From NCBI GenBank assembly GCA_002189035.1, contig CM007991.1:3906001-3970000 (forward strand): 64,000 nucleotides of DNA, read 5' to 3'. The translations under genes were made by a program, and so were the position numbers. The notes beneath the pieces are model-generated. The model did no database searches, was not told where the DNA came from, and saw only the letters and a list, made by a program, of their open reading frames with translations. This document shows positions 24,689-36,560 of this stretch, in pieces; position 1 is the stretch's first letter; the number at the start of each line of letters is the position of its first letter. Source of the stretch: Utricularia gibba (taxonomy: Eukaryota; Plantae; Magnoliophyta).

Positions 24689-27600
24689 TCACCACTGATA
24701 CTTGGCTGCTACGAGGACTTCTTCGTAAATTTGAGCAGCATGATCCCAGCTCAAATCCTGCATCATTCCTCGTCTCTGCAAACCCTCCCAGCTCTTCTTA
24801 TACTCACGATATGTCAACAAACAGTTCCCCAGTGCACTTATCAGTTCATTTGCCTCTGCTCTCGGGAACGTCCATCCAAGCCCAGATTCATCAAAGGGAT
24901 TGAAGGGGATCACGGTGTCTCTCAGGCCACCCACTGCATGGACCACCGGAACCGTCGCGTACCGCATGGCGTACAGCTGATTCAGCCCACATGGCTCGAA
25001 TCTTGACGGCATTAGAAGGATATCCGCACCGGCGGTTATCCGGTGAGCTGTTTTCACTGAGAACCCGACCCAACCTCTGACCTTGTCCCTGTATTGGCCT
25101 TCAAAGTGTCTCAGCATGTCTTCCAGATCCGGCCGGCCGGTGCCTAGCATGACCAGCTGTGTGTCCTGGCCCATCATCCATGGAATCACTTCACCTATGA
25201 TATCAATGCCCTTTTGGTGATCAAGTCTCCCGATGAAGGCAATCAACGGGACATCTGGCCGCACTGGGAAGCCGAGCTCTCTCTGGAGTGCTGTCTTGCA
25301 GTGAGGCTTTCCTTCTAGAAGAGTGTCAAGGGAATAGTTCACGTAGCCGTCACTCTGAAGGTAAATATCCGTCTCTGGGCTCCAGTCGTTCGGGTCAATG
25401 CCGTTCACGATGCCTCTTAGCTTCCAGTCATTCTCAGCAACAATGCCGTGCAGACCCCAGCCACCTTCAGGAGTCTTTATCTCCCAAGCATATCCGTGGC
25501 TCACAGTAACAACTCGGTCAGCAGCTTTGATACCCGCAGCGAAGATGTTCATGTGTTCCCCTCCGACTGGATCGTAGAACTTAAAATGTTCCAAGTAGTG
25601 CTCTGGAAGACCCACAATCCGAAACTCATCTACAGGGCCACGCCCCTGAAAGCATGGAGAAATCATAAGGATAAACAACAGCAAGGATGAGTAGGATGAA
25701 TGCAGCCAAGCACAGGGAGGGGATTATAATGCTTCTAGTACAAACCTGGTGAGCGATATTATGGATGACAAGAACTGCCCTGGTGTATTGCATCAGTCCA
25801 TGGTCTCGGTAGTAAGCCTTGAGGTAGACTGGCAGTAAGGCAGTATGCCAATCGTTTGCAATGAAAACCAGGTTGCCATCTCCATAGCATACTCCACCAC
25901 ATGGAACATACCATGGAACCTGTAACCGCCGCATATAAGACATGTTGCCAATATCTTGTGCGTAGTAAACAAGAGCGCATCTTACCTCAACTGCAGTTTT
26001 GCAAAACAAAACCATACGCTTCAGAATATCCTGTGACAAAACATGAACTTTAGAAACTACAATTGGGAGTAAGCACTGGCACCTAGACAAATGTTGGTAC
26101 CAGTGCGTGCAAAGGCTGATTCTTTGTTAAGAAAAAGTTTACTTACGGCACGGCTTCCTCCATATATGTTATTTTCCATGTGCCGAAAAATGGGGCTCTC
26201 GATGAAGACAAAATCGACACCATCTATGTAGGCATGAAAGAAATTTACCTCCATATCCTGTGAAATTTAATGTGGGAACCAAAATACATGAGCTAGAATT
26301 AGCTTAAAATCAATACTTCAAAAGTAGAAGACTGTCACCTGGCCATCCACTTTATATCTCCTGCTAACACCTGTATCTTGAGCATCAGCATAAGCGCTAT
26401 AGCGAGGCATGATGACCTTTGATTAGCAGAGTAGAAAAGATTTAGCTGGAGAGTTCAGACAACTTAGTTAGTTTACACCAGCACACAACAGTTACCATGA
26501 CTCGGTGTCCTCTCCGAGCCAAGGCCTTTGGTAGAGCTCCAGCAACATCTCCAAGCCCACCTTGCACAAAAGATGAATTGGTTGTGTGAAATGAACAGAT
26601 CCCAATTTGAATTGATCGAAAAATTAAATATTTCTTTTAATAGGTTGGGACCAAAATAGCATCACCTTTAAATATTAAAGGCTCAAAATATGTTTTAATG
26701 GTTGTATACCTGTTTTAATCCAAGGAGAACACTCACAAGTAACCAATATTACATTCATTACGTTGGCCCCAGCGAGAGGAGGGGGTTTTACATCTTCATC
26801 TTTAGGATCTCCAAAATCAAGATTTGGCTCTGCTTCACTTGAATCTTCCTGTTGCTCATACTTCTCGCTCGGCAATGGCTCAGAATCATTTATGCACAAT
26901 TTCTCTCCAACATCTCCTTCTGATGTTCGTGATGGAGAGATGATACTCCCAGACGTGCATTCCAATTCCTGGGAAAAGTCTTTATCTGAAAATTGAACTT
27001 CAACAGGTTCCACAGTCACAGGTTGCAGCTTCAGTGTTTTGACATCCTCAGAAAAAGTAGATTCAATGCGTTGCTTGAGAATGGTTGCAAAAGGACTCCC
27101 ATCATTTAGATCCTCCCCACTTTCTTTTCCATCTGCAATACCTTATTCATTTAACCGAGAAAAACCGTAATAAATCATGATCATCTTTTTGTTGGAAGTT
27201 GCAACAAGTTGGAAAAAAAGTAGTGTGATTATGGTCCTAACTAGAGTAATTACTTACTTTCAGTGGCTGCAGCATCAAGAGAGGAAATCGCAACATCCTC
27301 GCCAAAAGCATGCCCTTCCAATTCCTCAAGATCGATCACGCTATTCTTAATCAACGAAACTACTTTCTTCCTTTCAGATATCTGACAACCAATGAGAAAG
27401 AAACAAAAAAATCCAAAAACCAACTCAGATGGTTGCCAACAAACACCACAACTACGAATGAAGAATGCAATAACATCACAAGAAACAAAGATGAAACCAA
27501 CCAGTCGTAAGAGATCTTTCTGTTTTTCGAGAACTATGTTGCTCTTGTCAATTGCGGTCTCTAAAGCATCCTTCGACACATTTTCATGCTCTTCAACCCC

Positions 27601-27831
27601 ATATCCCTCGATCGCAGCCTTTAAACGCTGCGCTTTCCAACACCTTCCCAGGCCACCGCGTCCAAGAGACAAATATATGCCGCTAGAAAATACCAAGTTA
27701 CTCGAAGTCCAATTTGTACGGTAGTCAGGAAGGCAACCAAACTCCACACATTTTCTGGGACACGTAGCAACCACCTTTGCATGGCCACTCGCTATTGAAC
27801 AACTTACAGAAAACATTCCCGATGATGCCAT
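24689..27831 (-). CDS. SS2: Soluble starch synthase II, plastid-targeted; exons 27831-27502, 27381-27258, 27132-26710, 26560-26496, 26416-26339, 26257-26147, 26030-25986, 25919-25746, 25645-24689
   Basis: [78 protein letters not shown] and terminal AAKYQW. The 65/78/111/45/174-nt internal exons are in phase. Confidence 0.96.
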
Positions 27832-29172
27832 TTCACTTGTTTACTGTTTGTCCTCTGAGTAAATGTAAATTTTAAACGAATTCAAGTTGAAAGTACATAA
27901 ATCGAACACGGGGTTGATCGTCATCTAAATTTAAGCTTAAAGAAACTAGCCAGCGCTTGTTGTTTTTTTCTTTTAACCATTAATGCAGTGGGGAACATCA
28001 ACAGATCTTGCATTAGTAAAGTAGGTAGGAGTTCCCTGAACAAAACTCAGTTTCATAATTCAAATGCCGATAAGCAGCTACGAATGAATACCGAAGACCA
28101 ATTGAAAACGATGGAAGCAGTTTCAGTAACATCATCAATTCAAAGAAAAAATAAACCAGAATCACCACAAATGACGAAAGAACGGAAGGAATGGAGGGCT
28201 AGATATCTTTACCAATGTGATGGCAACAAATCTGGATGCTATCGAAGGGAAATGCCATGAGCATCGAGCACTCGTTCCGATGCTTTCTGCAACAACAGAA
28301 ACCCCCGAGGCTCTACGCGATTCTCTGTTCCCGTTTGAACGAACCAAGAAATTACACCACCCTCTTCTTCGGGAATGATGGTACATTGGGCTGCGCATCC
28401 CTTTGTATTGGGCTTCAACTTTTTGAGAATTTAACTGCTTTTTAAAATAAAAACTTGTTTACTTAAAAATAATTAAATAAATATTTTATTGATAGAATAA
28501 AATTTTAAATGAGAAAATTACAAACACAACATTTCAAGTTTACGTCAGTATAAAGAATTTAATTCTCAAATGTCAAAATTGCAAAAAAAAAAAAAAAAAA
28601 AACTCAAGTTGTAAAATAGTGCAACAAAAACTCAAATAATTTTATTAATTTAGAGTCAAACTTTTTACAAAAAAAGAAAATTAAGGTTCCTATGATACAA
28701 TTTTAAAACTTGGAGGATTAAACTATTTATATTGATTACAACTTGGATTGTCATGTGCAAACTGCACCCAATTTAAATATGAATTAAAATAAAAAATAAA
28801 CATAATATTCAAGAATTGTCAATATAGGACTGAAAAAGGAGAAATTAAAATAATAAAAATAATTTCGTAATAAGAAAATATCATTTTAACAAAAACAAAG
28901 TCATAATCTCATATATTATTCTTTAATTAAAAATCATTACCATAAAAATGTTTTTTTAAATATTATTTCAAAAATTTCACATTAATTTCAATATTTGTTG
29001 TATTTTTTTCCCATGGCAATATTTGTTTTTGTATGGTTTAAGTGTACGGACACGTCGGACAGTTGATGCATGCGGGACACGTGGACACGAGAGTTGACAA
29101 GCATTATCTCCCGTGTCTTCAATTATTCCGGGTGATTCTTCTGTCTAGCGGCAAGAGAAGCTGCGTCTTGAA

Positions 29173-29999
29173 ATGGTTTCACCGAGGAAAGTGTTGGTGG
29201 CGGTGGATGACAACGAGGAGAGTTTCTACGCTTTGGAATGGACGGCGGATCAGATACTCAGGTACTCTCCGGCGGCTGAGACGGAGGAGGAGGCTGGCCC
29301 CGTCGTCACGTTACTCCACGTCTACCCGCCGTTTCAACCCTTCATCTACCCCCCCGGGCCAGGCACGCATTGTACTCACACCCATAAGTTCTCTTCCCGT
29401 TTCTGCAACTTGTTTATTTTCTGTCGAATCAATACGAGTGTTCTAAAGTGTGTCTCGATCCTCACACACATCGTAGTAGTCTACGCTACTCCAGCAGTGA
29501 TTTATTCAGTGAACAAAGCTCAAAAGGAAAAAGCTGCCATCATTCTCTCCCGGGGGCTCCGCATCTGCAAGGAGAAAAATGTATGGCCAAGCTACGTGAG
29601 CTAATGACCTTCTTCTTTCCCATTAAACCCACCTTCTTGCCTTTGATAAGGTGGAGGCGGAGACTCTGGTTCTGGAAGGGGATGCCAAGGACAAGATATG
29701 CGAGACTGCAGATGAGCTCCAGGTCGATCTCGTCGTCCTCGGCAGCCGCGGCCGCGGAGCGATCAAAAGGTTCTCCGATTCACGTAGATAATTAACTGTA
29801 AGAGATGAACACCCATGTTGACTTGCAGCACAATAACAGCAACAACGAAAATGGTTTCAGGGCGCTGTTGGGGAGCGTCAGCAGCTACTGCGCGCATAAC
29901 CTCCACTGCCCCGTCCTCATCGTGAAGCTGCCGCCTGATGAGGATAGCGTAGCCGGACCAGCACGTGGCTCCGGCAAGGACCTTGGGATCGGTGCGTAG
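29173..29999 (+). CDS. Universal stress protein A-like; exons 29173-29362, 29477-29580, 29651-29769, 29861-29999
   Basis: KVLVAVDDNEESFYALEW, LEGDAKDKICE, DLVVLGSRGRGAIKRALLGSVSSYCAHNLHCPVLIVK. The intron-1 donor appears to be GC (see findings). Confidence 0.9.
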
Positions 30000-30672
30000 A
30001 TAGGGATCTTGGAAGCCTCTAGCTTTGTGATTTGTGAGTAAATAAGAATGCTAGAAGAACAATGTGAAAATTCCAAAATCAGAGGGGCGTTGCTAGTCTA
30101 TTTACCTAGTATTGGAATCCAACTAAAATCTGTAATTCGATGGCTGTAAGAAATTTATATACCACACACGTGCTTCCATGTTTCCTTTCCAGCGTACCCT
30201 CTCCTCTGCCTTGTCCTGTCCTTATGACATGGACCGCACCGCTTGAGTAGTTGGTGTAGTGGGATCGTGGTGACATTTGGAGCTCTGGAACACTGTACAA
30301 GTCGGCTACTTGAGTCGATCTTTGTTGTTATGAGGAAAATACTCTTGTTTTCATCTTCCATAATGAAAATAACATCTTAGTAGATGGCGCAAGGCAACCC
30401 TGGTGGGTCGTGGCGCTTGTGTTGCCGATTGATTACGGAATTGCAATGAGAATCTGATCTGGGGATCAACAACCACTGCTGTAGTGGGTTTAGAAAATGT
30501 GTATGTGGGTGCGCGCAACCAAGTCAATAATTGTGTGTGAAAGGTTCCAATCAGAATGGAGGCTTCCCCCACATGGTAGTCTTGATGTTTAATTTGTGGA
30601 ATCAGCGTCACGTTTTGTGGCTTCTGCATCACCCCAGAAGAGGAGGAAGAAGAACAGGAAGAAGGGAGCCAA

Positions 30673-31341
30673 ATGGAGAAGAAGATAAAGAGTGGGAGCC
30701 GTACGCTGGCTTCAATGGAGTCATTGTCGGTGCCCATGGTGAGTAGTTTTTGTTTTTCTTATCACGATCTTAAATGATCTACAAATGAACCATCGTGTTA
30801 TAACACACAACACACAAATCATCGTGGTGTTCCTGTAGTGATTGGGGGATTTGAGGTGTGTCTGTTAGGTACAAGAAGTGGTGCTGTCGGTTGATCTTGG
30901 GTGCGAGGGATGCAGGGAGAAAGTAGCTCAGATCCTCCGGAGAATCAAGGGTAAGATTTCCGTCACCAGTTCCTCCGGCGAACAGATCCGCCACCGCCAC
31001 CACCGCAGTGAATTCTTTATCCTCGCCTACCTACTCTACCTAATATCTCTGCACTTCCCAATTAAAAAAAGAAGTGGAAGCAATCATCCCCATGTTCTTC
31101 TCTCCCTCTCACACACACAAACCCTAATTTACCTTGTTATTACAAACATGAAACCCTAAAATCTGTGTTTTTTGGGCGGCCCGTAGGAGAAGCAGAGTCG
31201 CTGGAGATCAGTGTGGTGGATAATACAGTAACATTAACTTGCACCGGTGGTCATAATGACCTTCAGGGAGAACAAATCGAACATGTCGGTCCGAGAAGGG
31301 GCATCTCCCAGTTGCTCTCTTGCTGGAAGGCAATGGCGTAA
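30673..31341 (+). CDS. Small heavy-metal-associated (HMA) domain protein, ~100 aa; exons 30673-30738, 30869-30950, 31187-31341
   Basis: The spliced product is MEKKIKSGSRTLASMESLSVPMVQEVVLSVDLGCEGCREKVAQILRRIKGEAESLEISVVDNTVTLTC..., with a CxxC motif and HMA-like pattern. Canonical GT-AG sites are in phase. Confidence 0.8.
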
Positions 31342-31892
31342 AATATGCCAATTGGAGATTTTTATGTAGGAATTTAAAACAATTCAAATTCCAGTGTTTT
31401 TTTTTTACTTTTATTAATAATATTCCAAATTGATTCTCAACTCATCAATGTCAATATTTTAAATTTCAGGAACATTTATAATTTCATATCTTTGAAATAA
31501 AATACTCCCGATTTTTTTAAAAAAATTTGATTATTTTTTTCCAATATTTTGTTTTTTTTTCATGAAATTCAAACACGATTAGGGCATGCTTGATACATCG
31601 GTTTGGCACTTTAAATGTGCGGGTTTAGAAAAACAAGTGCAATACCCCCATTGATTGCTTGGGGGAGATGAGATTAGATGTGTGTTTTTATAAATAAGGT
31701 CGTAAACGTAAATTAACATGTGTAATTAATATTTTAAATCATTTATATATAAATCTTCATTTCTAAATATTGTATCAAACTCAAATAATTTAAACACATT
31801 GTTACCCATAAACACTTATTCTATGATTTATTTAAATCCAAATAATTTAAACCTTACTAATTCTTTTATGAATAAGGGACTGGTTATTCTAT

Positions 31893-31950
31893 TATCTTAC
31901 TCGGGCCACGAGGCCCATTATAGAGGTTGATTAGGGCCGGGTTGGGCCCA
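31893..31950. promoter_or_regulatory. Site II (TGGGCY/GGCCCA) cluster upstream of PP2A-A
   Basis: GGGCC, GGCCCA, GGGCC and TGGGCCCA occur within ~60 bp. Confidence 0.45.
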
Positions 31951-32486
31951 ATTGGAGCTATTTTCCTAAAATAGCATTTATTTGGCGCAAGAAAAATGCA
32001 TATTAATTAAGTTGTAAACTGACAAAACTGCGAACATTTCTCCCGGGCCAACTTGTGGAATTTGAGGAATCACCGGAGATCGTTGCCTCCGGTAAATTGC
32101 TGTCTGCTGCACTTTAACTCGGAAGATTTCGTGTTTTCTATATTATCCAATGCTTCCTTGTAATTCTGATTTTTTTTTTTCGGTTTTGCTGGTGAACAGA
32201 TCTGAAAGTTTTTTTTTTTGTTGCTTTTGATTTAGTCGTTTCTTTTGGTTGTGAGACGGAGAGCGGCGTCTTCATCATCATCTTATTCTTTATGTTTCTC
32301 TTTCTTTAAGTTGTACGTGTGTGTTTATTTGTAAGTGAATCCGACGACAGATTTTTAACCTGATGGACTGAATTTCTTTGGAAACTAGAATTTTTTCTTT
32401 TCTACCTGGATTTTGTAAGAGATGATCTCGTTTTTGAGTTTTGAATTTTTATTTTAGCAATTTACAGCGAAAGCTTCTGGTACACA

Positions 32487-35400
32487 ATGGCGATGTTGGG
32501 TGAGCCACTGTATCCAATTGCTGTATTAATTGAGGAGTTAAAAAATGACGACATCCAGCTACGGTTGAATTCTATTCGGAGACTTTCAACCATTGCTCGG
32601 GCTCTGGGTGAAGAAAGGACAAGAAAGGAGTTGATCCCGTTCTTGAGCGAAAACAATGATGATGATGATGAGGTCTTGCTTGCTATGGCTGAAGAATTGG
32701 GTATTTTTATTCCATATGTTGGTGGAGTTGAGCATGCTCATGTGTTGCTTCCTCCACTTGAAACTCTTTGTACAGTAGAGGAGACCTGTGTGAGAGATAA
32801 AGCCGTTGAGTCTCTGTGCAGAATTGGATCACAGATTAGGGAGAGTGATTTAGTTGATTCATTTATCCCTCTGGTCAAGGTTAGCATTGCATTCGAGCTG
32901 CAATGATTTGCAGCTGCAAAGTTGCATATTTTCTAGATGTTCCAAGTATAGTGCATCGGACTTTGATTTTTTTTATTAAATACAGAGGTTGGCAGCTGGT
33001 GAGTGGTTTACTGCACGTGTGTCTGCCTGTGGGTTGTTTCATATAGCTTATCCTGGCGCACCAGATATGCTGAGGACTGAACTGAGATCAATATATAGTC
33101 AATTGTGCCAAGACGATATGCCTATGGTGAGAAGGGCTGCTGCAACAAATTTAGGGAAATTTGCTGCCACCGTTGAAGCTGCTCATCTAAAGAATGACAT
33201 TTTGTCTATGTTTGATGAACTGACCCAGGATGGTACGTTTAAAATATTGCAATGTGTTCTTCTTATGTCAAGAGGAATCCTCATATGTCCATAGATATCC
33301 AGAAATTAATGATGTTTTTGGCCAAAAATGAATAAATAAGATTAATGCTTATTTTCAGATCAGGATTCTGTTCGATTACTAGCTGTTGAGGGCTGTGCTG
33401 CTCTTGGGAAGCTGTTGGAGCCTCAAGATTGTGTTGCTCATATCCTTCCTGTGATTGTCAACTTTTCACAGGTGCAGTTTTCAATTATCTTCGAGTATTC
33501 TTTTGCAATTATAGCCCTTTTTCCCTGATGCCCGATCAGTGCTTCATCATGCATTTTTCTTGCATTATTTGTAATTTATCCTCGTTCGGAGGATGGTTAA
33601 TTTTTCTAGTCCATTTGGGTGAGTTATTCGTTGTGATATGCATGTTAATTAATCAGGATAAGTCATGGAGGGTTCGTTATATGGTTGCTAATCAGTTATA
33701 TGAGCTCTGTGAGGCTGTGGGGCCTGAACCTACCAGGTATTGCTAATATATAATCCTAGTGTTTATGTGACATTTTCTTCTTCAGAAGTTTTTTGCATGA
33801 GTTATGATGCTCTTCTTTATCATGCATTTAAGGACGGATTTAGTTCCTGCTTATGTGAGGCTGCTTCGAGATAATGAAGCAGAAGTCCGTATTGCAGCAG
33901 CTGGAAAAGTTACAAAATTTTGCCGCATTCTTAAGCCGGAGCTTTCTGTTCAGCATATTCTTCCTTGTGTGAAGGCTAGTTAGATTTAACACTACTTTTT
34001 GGTTGACGTTTCCTAGCGTTTGGTCATTGTGTTTGTCTAACACTTAATTTTGGCTGTTTGCCTGCAGGATTTATCATCTGATTCTTCACAACATGTAAGA
34101 TCTGCCCTGGCATCTGTTATCATGGGAATGGCTCCAGTGTTAGGCAAGGTAAAAAAAAAAAACATTTTACCCTATTATAAGTCATTGGTTAGACTTTTAT
34201 TCCATATATACCTACTTTGCATGTGAGAATGCGTTTTACTATTTGAAGTGACTGTCAATGAGGCTTCTTGAACTGATTGTTCATAGATGTCTTGGGTGGT
34301 GATCTCAGAGATAAATCCCTTATGATTTTACCATTTTTCCCTCATAAATGTTGTGATCAGGATGCAACAATCGATCAGCTCCTGCCAATATTTCTTTCCC
34401 TCTTGAAAGATGAATTTCCTGATGTCCGACTCAACATCATCAGCAAGCTTGATCAAGTCAATCAGGTCGGCGATTTACATACCATTTATCTACTCTAAAT
34501 GCGATCCAGACTTTGCTTTAGTTCACCCACCATTGTAATTCCTTTTGCAGGTTATTGGCATTGATCTGTTATCTCAGTCATTATTACCAGCAATTGTTGA
34601 GCTTGCAGAAGATAGACACTGGAGGGTCCGCCTGGCTATTATTGAGTATATACCTCTGTTGGCAAGTCAGTTGGGTGTTGGCTTTTTTGACGAAAAGCTG
34701 GGTGCCCTTTGCATGCAGTGGTTACAAGACAAGGTTTTTTTTTTTTCAGTTTTTGATATTAGTTTGTTTACCAATCATCACAGTAAGGAAGTGGGCCCCA
34801 CTGCCTACTTTATCACATATATGAGCCAACTCTTCAATTACACTTTTTGCAGGTTTACTCCATTAGAGATGCTGCTGCAAATAACCTGAAACGCCTAGCG
34901 GAGGAATTTGGTCCAGAATGGGCAATGCAGCACATAGTCCCTCAGGTATGAGGATTCAGCCCACGTTTATCGTATCCATCAATCCATACCTCGTTTGGCT
35001 TGCATATCTGACGCCTGCTGCTTCTCTTAAATAGGTTCTGGACATGATGGATAATCCTCATTACCTGTACCGGATGACTGTTCTCCAAGCAATTTCGTTG
35101 CTCGCTCCCGTTATGGGAGCAGAGATAACATGCTCAAAACTCCTGCCCGTGATTGTCAAATCTTCCAAGGACAGGTAATGTTCCTCCCCATCATCAAGTT
35201 CGCACCTTTGCTGACTGACATCGTTGTTGTCGACCACCGGTTGTATTATGACAGGGTCCCCAACATCAAGTTTAATGCCGCCAAAGTACTGCAGTCTATG
35301 ATCCCCATTGTTGACCCATCCGTGAGTTATTCCCTCCTCATTGTTTCATACTCCTCTCCTAGAACCTATCCAGCAAACCCATCCCGGTCTGTGTAGGTTG

Positions 35401-35516
35401 TGGATAAAACAGTGCGCCCGGCCCTGCTGGAGCTCTCCGAGGACCCGGATGTGGATGTTCGTTTCTTTGCCAACCAAGCACTCCAGTCCACAGACACTGT
35501 GATGATGTCTAGCTAG
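32487..35516 (+). CDS. PP2AA: Protein phosphatase 2A 65-kDa scaffold (A) subunit; 12 exons: 32487-32879, 32986-33232, 33359-33471, 33657-33736, 33833-33974, 34068-34148, 34361-34465, 34551-34733, 34853-34945, 35035-35174, 35255-35321, 35397-35516
   Basis: [46 protein letters not shown], followed by continuous HEAT repeats to [15 protein letters not shown]. All exons are in phase; intron 5 is GC-AG. Confidence 0.97.
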
Positions 35517-36560
35517 CTAGAGCTAGGTGCGCTATTCTATTCGTTATACCTGGTCTCAGTTCAATTTTCTGGCTTGCCATTTGTTGTGAACTACTAGTTT
35601 GGTGGTTGATGAATGCTGCAAGATATGTATGCGTTACATGACATTCACGGTGCCTTTTGTGGGTGCTGGCCATTACGTTATCCCTCTCTTCTTGAGTAAA
35701 GGTGGGATCATTAGAATAGGGATTAGTTAAAGCTATTTCATACAGTGTGTTATAAAACCGTGATGAATCATTTGGAATTGTAACAGCTTATGATAGAGAT
35801 GTTGTTAGTGTTGATAAAACTGTGATTAAATTATGATTGAAACGTTATCGGTGAAGTATTTTATTGTTTTTTAATATTTTAAAAAAATTAATTTGTCGAA
35901 TGTGTTAATTCTTTATTATTTTTTCAAATGCCATAATTAAGTTTTGAAAAATTATTCTTCGTTCACACGATTTGAAAGCCATGCACAATTGACTTTAATT
36001 CTTTCAGAATTAGCTAATTTTATTGCCCCAAATTTATCTACTTGCGCCACCATTGCCGGCCGCGGGCCCCAGTCATCCAAAAGAGATGGATGAGAGAGGG
36101 GAGGCTAACGGGATTGGGGGTCCGGTGGCCATTTAAAATGGGAACTAAAAAAACTATAATATGTTTCAATTAGAGATTAAATAAGCAATTTCTCTATTTG
36201 GGATTTGCATTGAAATTTCATCATTCGTCTGCTAAGCCTCGAGCAGTTTCTCAAGATGGGATTCCCCGGTTGGACTCCACTCCTAATCGAGATGTGGCTT
36301 AGGCAAATTGGAAGACCACGCATCCAGGGGAAGAGTGTCGAAGTTGTGGTGCGCGTCATGTGTTCGACGGATTGCCGGAAAGAGACGCGCCATTTGGGGA
36401 CTTGCTTGGGGAGATTCAATGTGTTTCTCTGCATGAGCCTTAGAATGAAAAAAAGCACTTGATTAAAGAGTACGGGCAGGGCGGCCGAGATTCAGCACAT
36501 TCTCATCGTGACTCGTGACAAACCATCGAAAACTTCCATTCTTGGTTTTGGCTGAGGAGT

